Made by a program: the position numbers and the translations under genes
In this document: piece after piece, positions 24,978 through 32,000 of the stretch
Numbering within the stretch: position 1 is the first letter of the stretch
Layout of the letters: every line of letters begins with the position of its first letter
The notes under the pieces: model-generated
What the model was told of the DNA's origin: nothing
The model's database searches: none
The model's input: only the letters and a program-made list of their open reading frames with translations
Origin: Candidatus Kuenenia stuttgartensis
GTDB taxonomy: Bacteria > Planctomycetota > Brocadiia > Brocadiales > Brocadiaceae
Assembly (NCBI RefSeq): GCF_900232105.1
Contig: NZ_LT934425.1
Location: 3,810,001 to 3,842,000 of the forward strand
Direction of reading: 5' to 3'
Length of the DNA stretch: 32,000 bases

Positions 24978-25955
24978 ATGAAAAAACGATTATTTAGCGG
25001 AATCCAGCCGAGCGGGGAAGTTCATATAGGAAACTATCTGGGTGCAATAAAGAATTGGGTAGGGATGATTGATCGATACGATTGTATTTTCTGTATTGTC
25101 GATTACCATGCGATAACGGTCGAATACGACCCTAAAGAAATGCAAAACCGAATTATTAACGCTGCGGCAGTTAATATTGCAGCCGGACTTGACCCAAATA
25201 AATGCATCCTCTTTGTGCAATCTCATGTACCGGAACACACGGAACTTGCCTGGATACTGAATACTGTGACGCCTATGGGTCACCTGGAAAGAATGACTCA
25301 GTTCAAAGATAAGGCAAAGCAGCACAGGGATAATATTAATGCTGGTTTATTTACCTACCCCGTCTTGCAGGCGGCAGATATATTGGTTTATAAGGCGGAA
25401 GCGGTGCCTATTGGTGAAGACCAGGTACAGCATATAGAATTGGCAAGAGAGATTGCCCGAAAGTTTAATTCGCGGTACGGAGAAATATTTCCTGACCCGA
25501 AAGAAATACTTTCAGATGCCCCAAGGATTATGGGCATTGATGGGAAGACAAAGATGAGCAAAAGTAGGGATAATTATATCTCGTTGGTAGAATCTTCTGA
25601 GTCTATATGGAAAAAATTGTCTACAGCGGTAACGGATGAGAATCGGAAGAGACGGACAGACCCGGGGAATCCTGAAATATGCAACCTTTTTACTTTACAT
25701 AAGCATTATTCTTCCATTGAACAAATAGAACGAATCAACAGGGAATGCCGTACTGCGGAGATAGGTTGTGTTGAATGCAAAAAAATATTGTATGAAAATA
25801 TCATAAAAGCATTATCTCCCATACGGGAAAAATATGAAGAGTTAATAAAAGATAAGCATTCTATAATTGATATATTGCACGAAGGTGCAAAAAAGTGTAA
25901 GAACATGGCGGAGATTACCATGGCAGAAGTACGAAGACAAATGGGACTGACTTAG
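24978..25955 (+). CDS. trpS: Tryptophan--tRNA ligase
   Basis: FSGIQPSGEVHIGNYLGA (HIGH) and KMSKS are present. ATG 24978 (MKKRLFSGIQPSG) is preferred over the track TTG 24957. Confidence 0.9.
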   Translation: MKKRLFSGIQPSGEVHIGNYLGAIKNWVGMIDRYDCIFCIVDYHAITVEYDPKEMQNRIINAAAVNIAAGLDPNKCILFVQSHVPEHTELAWILNTVTPMGHLERMTQFKDKAKQHRDNINAGLFTYPVLQAADILVYKAEAVPIGEDQVQHIELAREIARKFNSRYGEIFPDPKEILSDAPRIMGIDGKTKMSKSRDNYISLVESSESIWKKLSTAVTDENRKRRTDPGNPEICNLFTLHKHYSSIEQIERINRECRTAEIGCVECKKILYENIIKALSPIREKYEELIKDKHSIIDILHEGAKKCKNMAEITMAEVRRQMGLT

Positions 25956-26189
25956 ATAATGAGCAACTAAAAGCAATCGGCAGTCCACAGTCTGCAATTT
26001 GCCGACCGCCGACTGTATATTGAAGACTGTAGAAGAGACCAGTAAATATTTTGCCAATAAATGCAAAGAAATTACTGATAAGGTACTAAGAAGCGAAACA
26101 TATTTACCGCCTTGTGGCACACCTCAGACTCCATTCCCACTTATTTTAGCGAACATAAGCGTTTTTCCAGAATTATAGAAAAAGAAAAG

Positions 26190-27887
26190 ATGTCAGACCA
26201 ATTCAAGAAAACAATAGTTTCTTTATTAGCAGCAAAAACAAATCTTTCCGAAGACGAAATAGATAAATACATTGAAATACCTCCTGACCCAAAGATGGGG
26301 GATTATGCATTTCCCTGCTTCAGTCTTTCAAAAATGCTGAAAAAACCTCCCGCGAAGATTGCTTCAGAATTAGCCGACCTCCTGCATCCTGTTAGCCCGA
26401 TAAATAAGATAGAAGCAACAGGCCCCTATCTGAATTTGTTTTTAGACAAGGCAATATTCTCTGCGGTTGTTTTAAAGAAAATTGTGAATGAAGGTGACAC
26501 ATATGGCTGCGATACCATTGGCAAGGGGAAAACCGTTGTTATTGATTACTCCTCCCCAAACATCGCAAAACACCTTGCCGTCCATCATCTTCGCTCGGCA
26601 TTAATTGGAAATGCACTGTATAATATTTACGGGAATTTAGGGTACAAATGCATAGGGATCAACCATCTTGGTGATTGGGGGACGCAGTTTGGTCAATTGA
26701 TTGTTGCATATAGAAAATGGGGAGAAAAGGATCTCGAACAACATACCATTACCGACTTAAACAAACTCTACGTTACCTTTCATCGTGAAGCGGAAAAGGA
26801 TAATCATCTGGAGGACGAAGCGAGGGAATGGTTTAAAAAACTGGAGGCAGGAGACGCAGAGGCGATGGAGTTATGGGAACGTTTCAAGGATATCAGCCTT
26901 AAAGAGTTTCAAAGGATATATAAGATGCTAGGGATTCATTTTGACGCCTTTGTTGGCGAGAGTTTTTACAATACAATGGTTGAGGATACAGTATCGGGGA
27001 TTAAGAAGAAAGGGTTAGCCTGTATCAGCGAGCAGGCATTAATCGTAAATCTCGAGGCGTATAATATGCCGCCATGTTTGCTTAGAAAAAAGGACGGTAC
27101 AACACTTTATGCAACACGCGACATTGCAGCGGCAGAGTACCGGAAATCTGTATATGATTTTGAAAAAATGATTTATGTAGTTGGTTCTGAACAAAAACTT
27201 CACTTTTGTCAGATATTTAAGGTTTTGGAGTTAATGGGATATGACTGGGCAAGCCAGTGTGTCCATGTGGATTTCGGCCTTATGAAATTTAAAGAGGGCA
27301 AGATGTCCACCCGCAAGGGGCGGGTCATATTGTTGGAAGACTTATTAATTGAGGCAGTAGACCGTATCAAAAGGATTATTGAAGAAAAGAATCCTTTGCT
27401 AAAGGACAAGGAAATGGTTGCAAGGGATGTGGGTATTGGGGCGGTTATATTTGCTGATTTAAGCACAAAACGAAACAAGGATGTAATATTTGATTGGGAT
27501 ACCGTATTAAATTTTGAAGGAGAGACGGGACCTTATGTGCAGTATACTCACGCCCGTCTTTGCAGCATTTTGAGGAAATATGGAAAAGATGTAACTACGG
27601 ACATTGATTATCCATTATTAAATGAAGATGATGCCATTCATCTTATAAAGAATCTATGGCAATATCCCTTTGTAGTACTAAAAGCGGCACAGTTTTATGA
27701 GCCGTCATTAGTGAGTAATTATCTTATTGATATTTGTGCCGGTGTAAATAAGTTCTATAATGCTCACAGGGTATTATCCGAAGATGAAGGGCTTACAAAA
27801 GCAAGAATACTTCTGGTAGATGCCGCCAGGCAAATCATAAAAAATGGTTTAAAAATCCTTGGCATGCAGGCGCCTGTGGAAATGTAA
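26190..27887 (+). CDS. argS: Arginine--tRNA ligase
   Basis: SSPNIAKHLAVHHLRSALIGNAL (HIGH-type), the family length, and a C-terminal DALR-like anticodon-binding region support the call. ATG 26190 (MSDQFKK...) is preferred over the track start 26112. Confidence 0.9.
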   Translation: MSDQFKKTIVSLLAAKTNLSEDEIDKYIEIPPDPKMGDYAFPCFSLSKMLKKPPAKIASELADLLHPVSPINKIEATGPYLNLFLDKAIFSAVVLKKIVNEGDTYGCDTIGKGKTVVIDYSSPNIAKHLAVHHLRSALIGNALYNIYGNLGYKCIGINHLGDWGTQFGQLIVAYRKWGEKDLEQHTITDLNKLYVTFHREAEKDNHLEDEAREWFKKLEAGDAEAMELWERFKDISLKEFQRIYKMLGIHFDAFVGESFYNTMVEDTVSGIKKKGLACISEQALIVNLEAYNMPPCLLRKKDGTTLYATRDIAAAEYRKSVYDFEKMIYVVGSEQKLHFCQIFKVLELMGYDWASQCVHVDFGLMKFKEGKMSTRKGRVILLEDLLIEAVDRIKRIIEEKNPLLKDKEMVARDVGIGAVIFADLSTKRNKDVIFDWDTVLNFEGETGPYVQYTHARLCSILRKYGKDVTTDIDYPLLNEDDAIHLIKNLWQYPFVVLKAAQFYEPSLVSNYLIDICAGVNKFYNAHRVLSEDEGLTKARILLVDAARQIIKNGLKILGMQAPVEM

Positions 27888-27929
27888 ACAAGGGGAGCAT
27901 TCACAAATATTTGTAGATTCCTCATTCTT

Positions 27930-27953
27930 GTTCCCAAGCGCCGGCTTGGGAAC
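27930..27953. repeat. REP-like hairpin GTTCCCAAGC-gccg-GCTTGGGAAC just after argS
   Basis: It has a perfect 10-bp stem. The T-run starts ~20 nt downstream, so it is not a canonical terminator. The GTTCCC/GGGAAC motif recurs inside the next element (28020-28071). Confidence 0.6.
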
Positions 27954-27991
27954 ACAATTGTAGTAATATTTTAGTTTTTTGAAGAAAAATC

Positions 27992-28118
27992 GTAACTATT
28001 CAGCGTAAACGATACACGGCTCGTTCCCGAACAGATACTTCACTATGTTCAGTACAAGGTTTGGGAACGAGTTGCGCTCTGATCTCCGGTAGTTTAATAA
28101 ATTACGCTGAATAGTTAC
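27992..28118. repeat. 127-bp MITE-like element (17-bp perfect TIR GTAACTATTCAGCGTAA)
   Basis: TIRs lie at 27992-28008 and 28102-28118. Inner arms are CTCGTTCCCGAAC and GTTTGGGAACGAG. AAAAATC is present on both flanks (27985-27991 and 28120-28126, the latter offset by 1 nt), a possible TSD. Confidence 0.55.
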
Positions 28119-28163
28119 TAAAAATCTGCCTAAATTTAATATTTTTAGTTAACCAATGAACAA

Positions 28164-28232
28164 ACCCACCCCTGCCTCTCCCAAGAGGGGAATTTGATAA
28201 GTCCCCTCTTGGGAGGGGATTGAGGGGTGGGT
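28164..28232. repeat. 69-nt long palindrome upstream of nth
   Basis: ACCCACCCCT (28164-28173) pairs with AGGGGTGGGT (28223-28232). The inner arms TCTCCCAAGAGGGG and CCCCTCTTGGGAG(G) also pair. Confidence 0.65.
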
Positions 28233-28288
28233 AAAAATGAATGTCGTTGGGTTTTTGTTGTCTTTTAAAATCCAACCTAATTAATCTT

Positions 28289-28921
28289 ATGACCGAAGAA
28301 CGAACAAGAAAAATCTTATCACTCCTTGAAAAGGCGTACCCGGACCCCAAACTCATTCTTCGATATAAAAATCCCCTGGAATTGCTGATAGCGACGATAT
28401 TGGCAGCTCAATGTACAGATGAACGGGTAAACAAGGTGACGGAAATTTTGTTCACAAAATACAAATCGGCGAAAGAATATGCTTTTGCACAGCAGGATGT
28501 TTTTGAACAGGAAATACGGCCGACCGGTTTTTACAGGAACAAGGCGAAAAACATTATTGCGTGCGCGAAGGCATTAGAGGAAAGGTTTCATGGCAAGGTG
28601 CCGGAAACTATGGAAGAACTTTTGACGCTTCCTGGGGTAGGAAGAAAGACGGCAAGTGTGCTGCTTGGTAACGTCTTTGGCAAGCAGGCGATAGCGGTGG
28701 ATACGCATGTATTCCGTGTTTCGCACCGGTTAGATTTTGCCAAATTCAATAATCCAGATAAGGTGGAAATCGAATTGTGCAGGATTATCCCGCAAAAGAA
28801 ATGGACACAGTCCTGCCTTGTCATGGGGACACATGGTAGGCTAACCTGTATTGCCAGAAAACCGTTGTGCAAAGAGTGCGTCGTAGAGAAATTATGCAAT
28901 TCAAAAGATAAAATAGTATAG
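28289..28921 (+). CDS. nth: Endonuclease III (DNA-(apurinic or apyrimidinic site) lyase)
   Basis: It has the HhH-GPD motif LPGVGRKTASVLL and the 4Fe-4S cluster loop CIARKPLCKECVVEKLC. ATG 28289 (MTEERTRKILSLLEKAYPDP) is preferred, because the track start 28241 sits just downstream of the 28164-28232 palindrome, in repeat-associated sequence. Confidence 0.9.
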   Translation: MTEERTRKILSLLEKAYPDPKLILRYKNPLELLIATILAAQCTDERVNKVTEILFTKYKSAKEYAFAQQDVFEQEIRPTGFYRNKAKNIIACAKALEERFHGKVPETMEELLTLPGVGRKTASVLLGNVFGKQAIAVDTHVFRVSHRLDFAKFNNPDKVEIELCRIIPQKKWTQSCLVMGTHGRLTCIARKPLCKECVVEKLCNSKDKIV

Positions 28922-28931
28922 GCTTTAGTTT

Positions 28932-29025
28932 TTAAAGGGATTCCATGGCGGGAAGTTCGATGATAAAAGTAGTGCCCTTTCCCACCTCACTTTGTACGTA
29001 TATTTTACCGTTATGCGGTTTAATA
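28932..29025 (-). pseudogene. C-terminal remnant of a histidine kinase (HATPase_c end), cut by IS630-family insertion
   Basis: The minus-strand translation is ...YIKPHNGKIYVQSEVGKGTTFIIELPAMESL*. The frame continues across the IS (30709-~30757: ...GFNSVPNSQSHQGLPFV-Y) for only ~17 more codons before a stop, so most of the gene is gone. Confidence 0.6.
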
Positions 29026-29101
29026 TAGTCAAAAGCATTTATTTTTATAAAAACCTGTTTTTTTCTTGCATTTGAAGTGTTTCTGGAGTATTAAATTCTG
29101 C

Positions 29102-29305
29102 ATGAATCCATTTCTCAGTGAAAAAACCCGAATAGAACTTAAAAAAGTACATAAGAAAGAGCCTCATAGACATCATGCCGACCGAATCAAAGCGATACTT
29201 CTTCTTGATTCAGGATGGAGTTATGAAGAAGTAGCAGAAGCGCTCTTGTTAGACGATCAAACAATCAGGAATTACGAAAAACTATACAAAGATAAAGGTT
29301 TTTGA
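29102..29305 (+). pseudogene. IS630-family transposase fragment 1 (N-terminal HTH)
   Basis: MNPFLSEKTRIELKKVHKKEPHRHHADRIKAILLLDSGWSYEEVAEALLLDDQTIRNYEKLYKDKG is the typical IS630 N-terminus. It is followed by stops and frame changes at 29306-29481. Confidence 0.75.
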
Positions 29306-29481
29306 CGGGATTTTATCTGACAATTATATTGGCTGTATGCCAAAACCCACCTGCGAACAAGAAGAACAATTAAAAGATCATATCAGGAAAAAACAACTAT
29401 AGCGTGGCAAAATAAATTGTTGAATATGTAAAACAAACATTCAATAAAATCTATACACCCGAAGGAGATAAGATACTTTTT

Positions 29482-29781
29482 ATGGATGGAGTGCATCCAC
29501 AGCACAATTCTACGTCTGCATATTGCTGGATAGAGAAAGGCAAAAAGAAGGAAATACCCTCTAATACCGGCAGGAAAAGAATAAATTTAAACGGTGCTAT
29601 TGACATAGAAACCTTTGAAGTAACAATCCGGGAAGATGAAAGCATCAATGCTCAATCAACAATAAAGCTTTTCCATGAAATAGAGTCAAGGTATGCTCAA
29701 GCCGGTACTATTTACATAATCTCTGATAATGCTAAATATTACAGGTCTAAGTTGGTCAAAGAATACCTTGCAAATTCGAGA
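29482..29781 (+). pseudogene. IS630-family transposase fragment 2 (DDE_3 core)
   Basis: The fragment reads FMDGVHPQHN...RINLNGAIDIET...IYIISDNAKYYRSKLVKEYLANSR. The authentic sequence stops at ~29781, where the IS200/IS605 element begins. Confidence 0.75.
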
Positions 29782-30434
29782 GTAAAGAATCCACCCGCGG
29801 AGCAGGTGGCTTTGGGATAACCCCTATAAGGGGATGAAAATGCCTTCCTTCCAAAGGAAGCAAGGTTGAGTTGTCCCCATTTTAAATTTACCGTTGTGAC
29901 TCTTCTTGGCGCTCTTTCTGCTCTTGATATTTCACATATTTACGTATCTTTTCCGTATCCAAACCAACGGTATCGACACAGTAACCTCTCGACCAGAAAT
30001 GATTACCCCAATAAGGTTTTTGCTTCAAATGTCGAAACTTATTGAAAACTCGAATAGCTGTTCTGCCTTTGATTATACCTACAAAATCGGATATCGATAT
30101 CTTGGGTACTACCATGACAAGCAGATGAACATGGTCAATTTGTACATTTAACTCAACAACTTCACAGCCTTTTTGTTCAGAAAATGCTCTGATACACTTA
30201 CCTACTTCTTCTGCTACTTGACCAGTAAGTATTCTTAGACGATATTTTGGTGTCCAAAGAATATGATATTGACAATGCCATATCGTATGCGATAATTTGC
30301 GAAATCGACTCATTTGTTACTCCTTTGTTGATGTTGTGGGGACAACTCAACTTAGATTGTAACAATGAGTCGTTTTACTGGCAAAGCCTTTAAACTCTGA
30401 CCACGCCCACAGGGCGTGGTTTTCCACATTATTA
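29782..30434 (-). mobile_element. IS200/IS605-family element inserted into the IS630 transposase gene (boundaries +/- ~10 bp)
   Basis: The interrupted frame resumes at ~30435 (IKIKFLPSYSPNLNLIERLW). Subterminal hairpins are present on both sides (ACCACGCCC-aca-GGGCGTGGT at 30401-30421; cccctataagggg and cttccttccaaaggaag at 29821-29860). The inverted 15-mers TGGGGACAACTCAAC lie at 29866-29880 and 30338-30352. Confidence 0.75.
29888..30313 (-). CDS. tnpA: IS200/IS605-family Y1 (HUH) transposase TnpA
   Basis: 141 aa. WHCQYHILWTPKYR, the HUH motif (DHVHLLV) and GYCVDTVG with the catalytic Tyr region are present. It appears intact. Confidence 0.9.
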   Translation of the reverse strand: MSRFRKLSHTIWHCQYHILWTPKYRLRILTGQVAEEVGKCIRAFSEQKGCEVVELNVQIDHVHLLVMVVPKISISDFVGIIKGRTAIRVFNKFRHLKQKPYWGNHFWSRGYCVDTVGLDTEKIRKYVKYQEQKERQEESQR

Positions 30435-30437
30435 ATA

Positions 30438-30605
30438 AAGATCAAATTTCTCCCTTCCTATTCACCTAATCTAAACCTCATTGAAAGATTATGGAAATTC
30501 TTTTGCAAAAAAATATTGTATAATAAGTATTATGATACTTATGGGAAGTTTAAAAACAAATGTTTAAGTTTTTTCAAAAATATTAACGAGTATATGTTTT
30601 GCTGA
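30438..30605 (+). pseudogene. IS630-family transposase fragment 3 (C-terminal, third acidic residue region)
   Basis: KIKFLPSYSPNLNLIERLWKFFCKKILYNKYYDTYGKFKNKCLSFFKNINEYMFC* carries the YSPxLNxIExxW motif. Confidence 0.75.
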
Positions 30606-30814
30606 GCTTGTCGAAGCAGATGAATTGCTTACTCTTTTAACTTAAAATTTTCGAATTATTGGCGAGCAAATTTTAAAAAACTAAAGTGTTACGATTTGTT
30701 TGACTATACACGAATGGAAGGCCTTGATGTGATTGAGAATTGGGGACAGAATTAAAGCCCCAATGTTAGTTCCAAGATGGTGGGATAAGGGTGTGAGCAG
30801 TACCCTATATTTTT

Positions 30815-30844
30815 GTTGACATGGAGGACAGAATAGTGGTATCT
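30815..30844 (+). promoter_or_regulatory. Possible sigma70-type promoter giving a near-leaderless transcript for the CBS gene
   Basis: TTGACA (30815-30820) is followed by 18 nt and then TGgTAATCT (extended -10-like, 30836-30844). The ATG is at 30852, only 8 nt after the -10, and no SD is present. Confidence 0.3.
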
Positions 30845-30851
30845 TGTGCCT

Positions 30852-32000
30852 ATGACTAATACACAACCGCCCACTATTAAAAAGTATGTTTCTTCGTTAG
30901 CATCAATTGTTCGAAGTAGGGCACAAAATTCGCTTGGTAGCGTCTTATCTCGTGTCCGTTCAAGCCATGAGGCAGTCTTTATCTTTGATAATAATGATGA
31001 ATTTCTCGGACTGATATCTCCTTTCAAGACACTTTATTCCAGCAATTTTCCTTATACCACAAAAGTATCATCTATAGTTTTTAAACCACCTGCCATTACA
31101 GAAGAAACGCCAGTCTATCAAGTTGCAGAATATATGCTATCTACAAAGATATATATATTGCCGGTACTTAGTAAAGATGGAGACTTACAGAGTGTGATTT
31201 ATGGAAAAGATATATTGCAGGGAATTATTAAAGATCCTGGCTTGTTAGTGTTTGTAAGTGGCAAAGTAAAACCGCATATCCCAATAACAGCCCCGATTAC
31301 TGCCTCGGTGAAAGATGTATTCTATGACCTTAAAGAAAAAGGTGTTTCAAGAATGGTGATAGTTAATGCTGAAGGATCCCTTGCAGGAATCGTCACCAGA
31401 AGCGATCTCATGCAGGCACTTATCAAGCCTACAGCAAAGATGAGATTTCCTAAGGAAGGAACGCATGTTGGCTTTTATTCATTGGCAGGAGAAAAGAAAT
31501 TCAGAAAGAGCGACCCTATCCGTAAGTACTATACGGTACTGGTTGACTCTTTGCCCGACGATACATCAAGAACAGAAATTGTTTCGCATCTTATCACCTC
31601 TCCACATGATAGTATTATTCTGGTAGATAAGCATAATAAACCTACTGGTTTTCTCTCGACACGCGACATCCTGCGAGCAGTTGTGCTTTTGCGTCCAGAA
31701 GAAGATATTCCGCTTATTATTATCAAGAAACCAGGCGATTCTGTAAGTAATAAAGAGTTAGAACAAGCGACAAGACATTTGGAGTTATTTGGCAGGAAGT
31801 TAAAAAAACGGATGAAAATTAAAAAAATCGAAGTCACCTCCGAAGAGCCTAAAAACCCAAAAGGTCATACGATGATGTTTAATATCACCGTTATCGTTAC
31901 TCCTATTGCTGGAAAAGCAATTGTTGCCGCTACCAAACAGAGAAGGTTTATCGATGGAATACAAGAGGCTACAACATTAATTGAGAAACAACGCAGGCGA
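30852..32000 (+). CDS. 4xCBS (two Bateman modules) protein with HPF/RaiA (S30AE)-like C-terminal domain; 3' end outside window
   Basis: This ORF is not in the supplied track because it has no stop in the window. Hand translation of frame 3 from ATG 30852 stays open to nt 32000. There are four CBS-like segments (e.g. VSRMVIVNAEGSLAGIVTRSDLMQAL; HDSIILVDKHNKPTGFLSTRDILRAV). The tail ELEQATRHLELFGRKLKKRMKIKKIEVTSEEPKNPKGHTMMFNITVIVTPIAGKAIVAATKQRRFIDGIQEATTLIEKQ fits the HPF alpha/beta pattern. Confidence 0.7.
   Translation, partial: MTNTQPPTIKKYVSSLASIVRSRAQNSLGSVLSRVRSSHEAVFIFDNNDEFLGLISPFKTLYSSNFPYTTKVSSIVFKPPAITEETPVYQVAEYMLSTKIYILPVLSKDGDLQSVIYGKDILQGIIKDPGLLVFVSGKVKPHIPITAPITASVKDVFYDLKEKGVSRMVIVNAEGSLAGIVTRSDLMQALIKPTAKMRFPKEGTHVGFYSLAGEKKFRKSDPIRKYYTVLVDSLPDDTSRTEIVSHLITSPHDSIILVDKHNKPTGFLSTRDILRAVVLLRPEEDIPLIIIKKPGDSVSNKELEQATRHLELFGRKLKKRMKIKKIEVTSEEPKNPKGHTMMFNITVIVTPIAGKAIVAATKQRRFIDGIQEATTLIEKQRRR

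Larger units (their letters stand above)
29026..30706 (+). mobile_element. Decayed IS630/Tc1-mariner-family element carrying a nested IS200/IS605 insertion
   Basis: The ends TAGTCAAA (29026-29033) and TTTGACTA (30699-30706) are inverted and flanked by TA/TA (29024-25 and 30707-08), the canonical IS630 target duplication. The transposase is split into three or more fragments. Confidence 0.75.

Noticed and set aside
26115-26120. Sigma-54 promoter upstream of argS (TGGCAC)
   Set aside because: The required TTGC element at the -12 position is absent (sequence is TGGCACacctcAGAC).
27764-28356. ORFs 27764-27955 (-) and 28102-28356 (-)
   Set aside because: They are translations of REP-like palindromes (…SRRLGTRMR…, …PLPRGDLSNSPLGRGRGG…), which is typical of repeat-derived pseudo-ORFs.
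30681-31837. Minus-strand ORFs 30681-30866, 30752-31027 and 31529-31837
   Set aside because: The first spans the IS630 end and flank. The others are antisense to the CBS-domain frame, which has clear domain periodicity.

Overview
This is a 32-kb bacterial chromosomal window, roughly 41-42% GC by eye. The lineage cannot be established without a database search.

The left half (1-16.5 kb) looks like an accessory block of giant secreted repeat proteins. It holds two tandem SBBP beta-propeller paralogs, the first running off the left edge, separated by an intact IS4-family element. It also holds a protein of more than 1,700 aa built from M23-peptidase, IPT, PA14 and FN3 modules. The second SBBP gene and the M23 gene are each split, with frame preserved, by a 99-bp miniature inverted-repeat element (MITE). 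The two copies are 99/99 identical, in opposite orientation, with TTA target duplications.

Other mobile DNA in the window:
- A 141-bp MITE with 22-bp termini and an 8-bp target-site duplication (TSD) splits a small lipoprotein-like gene.
- A relative sharing only those termini sits beside the IS4.
- An internally deleted RayT/IS200-like remnant is bounded by 27-bp inverted repeats.
- A decayed IS630-family element cut a histidine-kinase 3' end and was itself hit by an IS200/IS605 element.

The right half (18-29 kb) is housekeeping. It encodes a deoxyhypusine-synthase-like protein, a GT9 heptosyltransferase-like protein and a Cys-rich zinc-ribbon protein. A type I-beta DAHP synthase follows. 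It is preceded by a MYFYYNIRCS leader ORF and a perfect intrinsic terminator, which together form a candidate Tyr/Phe attenuator. Downstream come a PNPOx-family protein, a DapL-type aminotransferase, trpS, argS and nth. The window ends inside a 4xCBS protein with an HPF/RaiA-like C-terminus.

Intergenic regions carry several distinct families of palindromic repeats. No rRNA, tRNA or CRISPR array was recognised.
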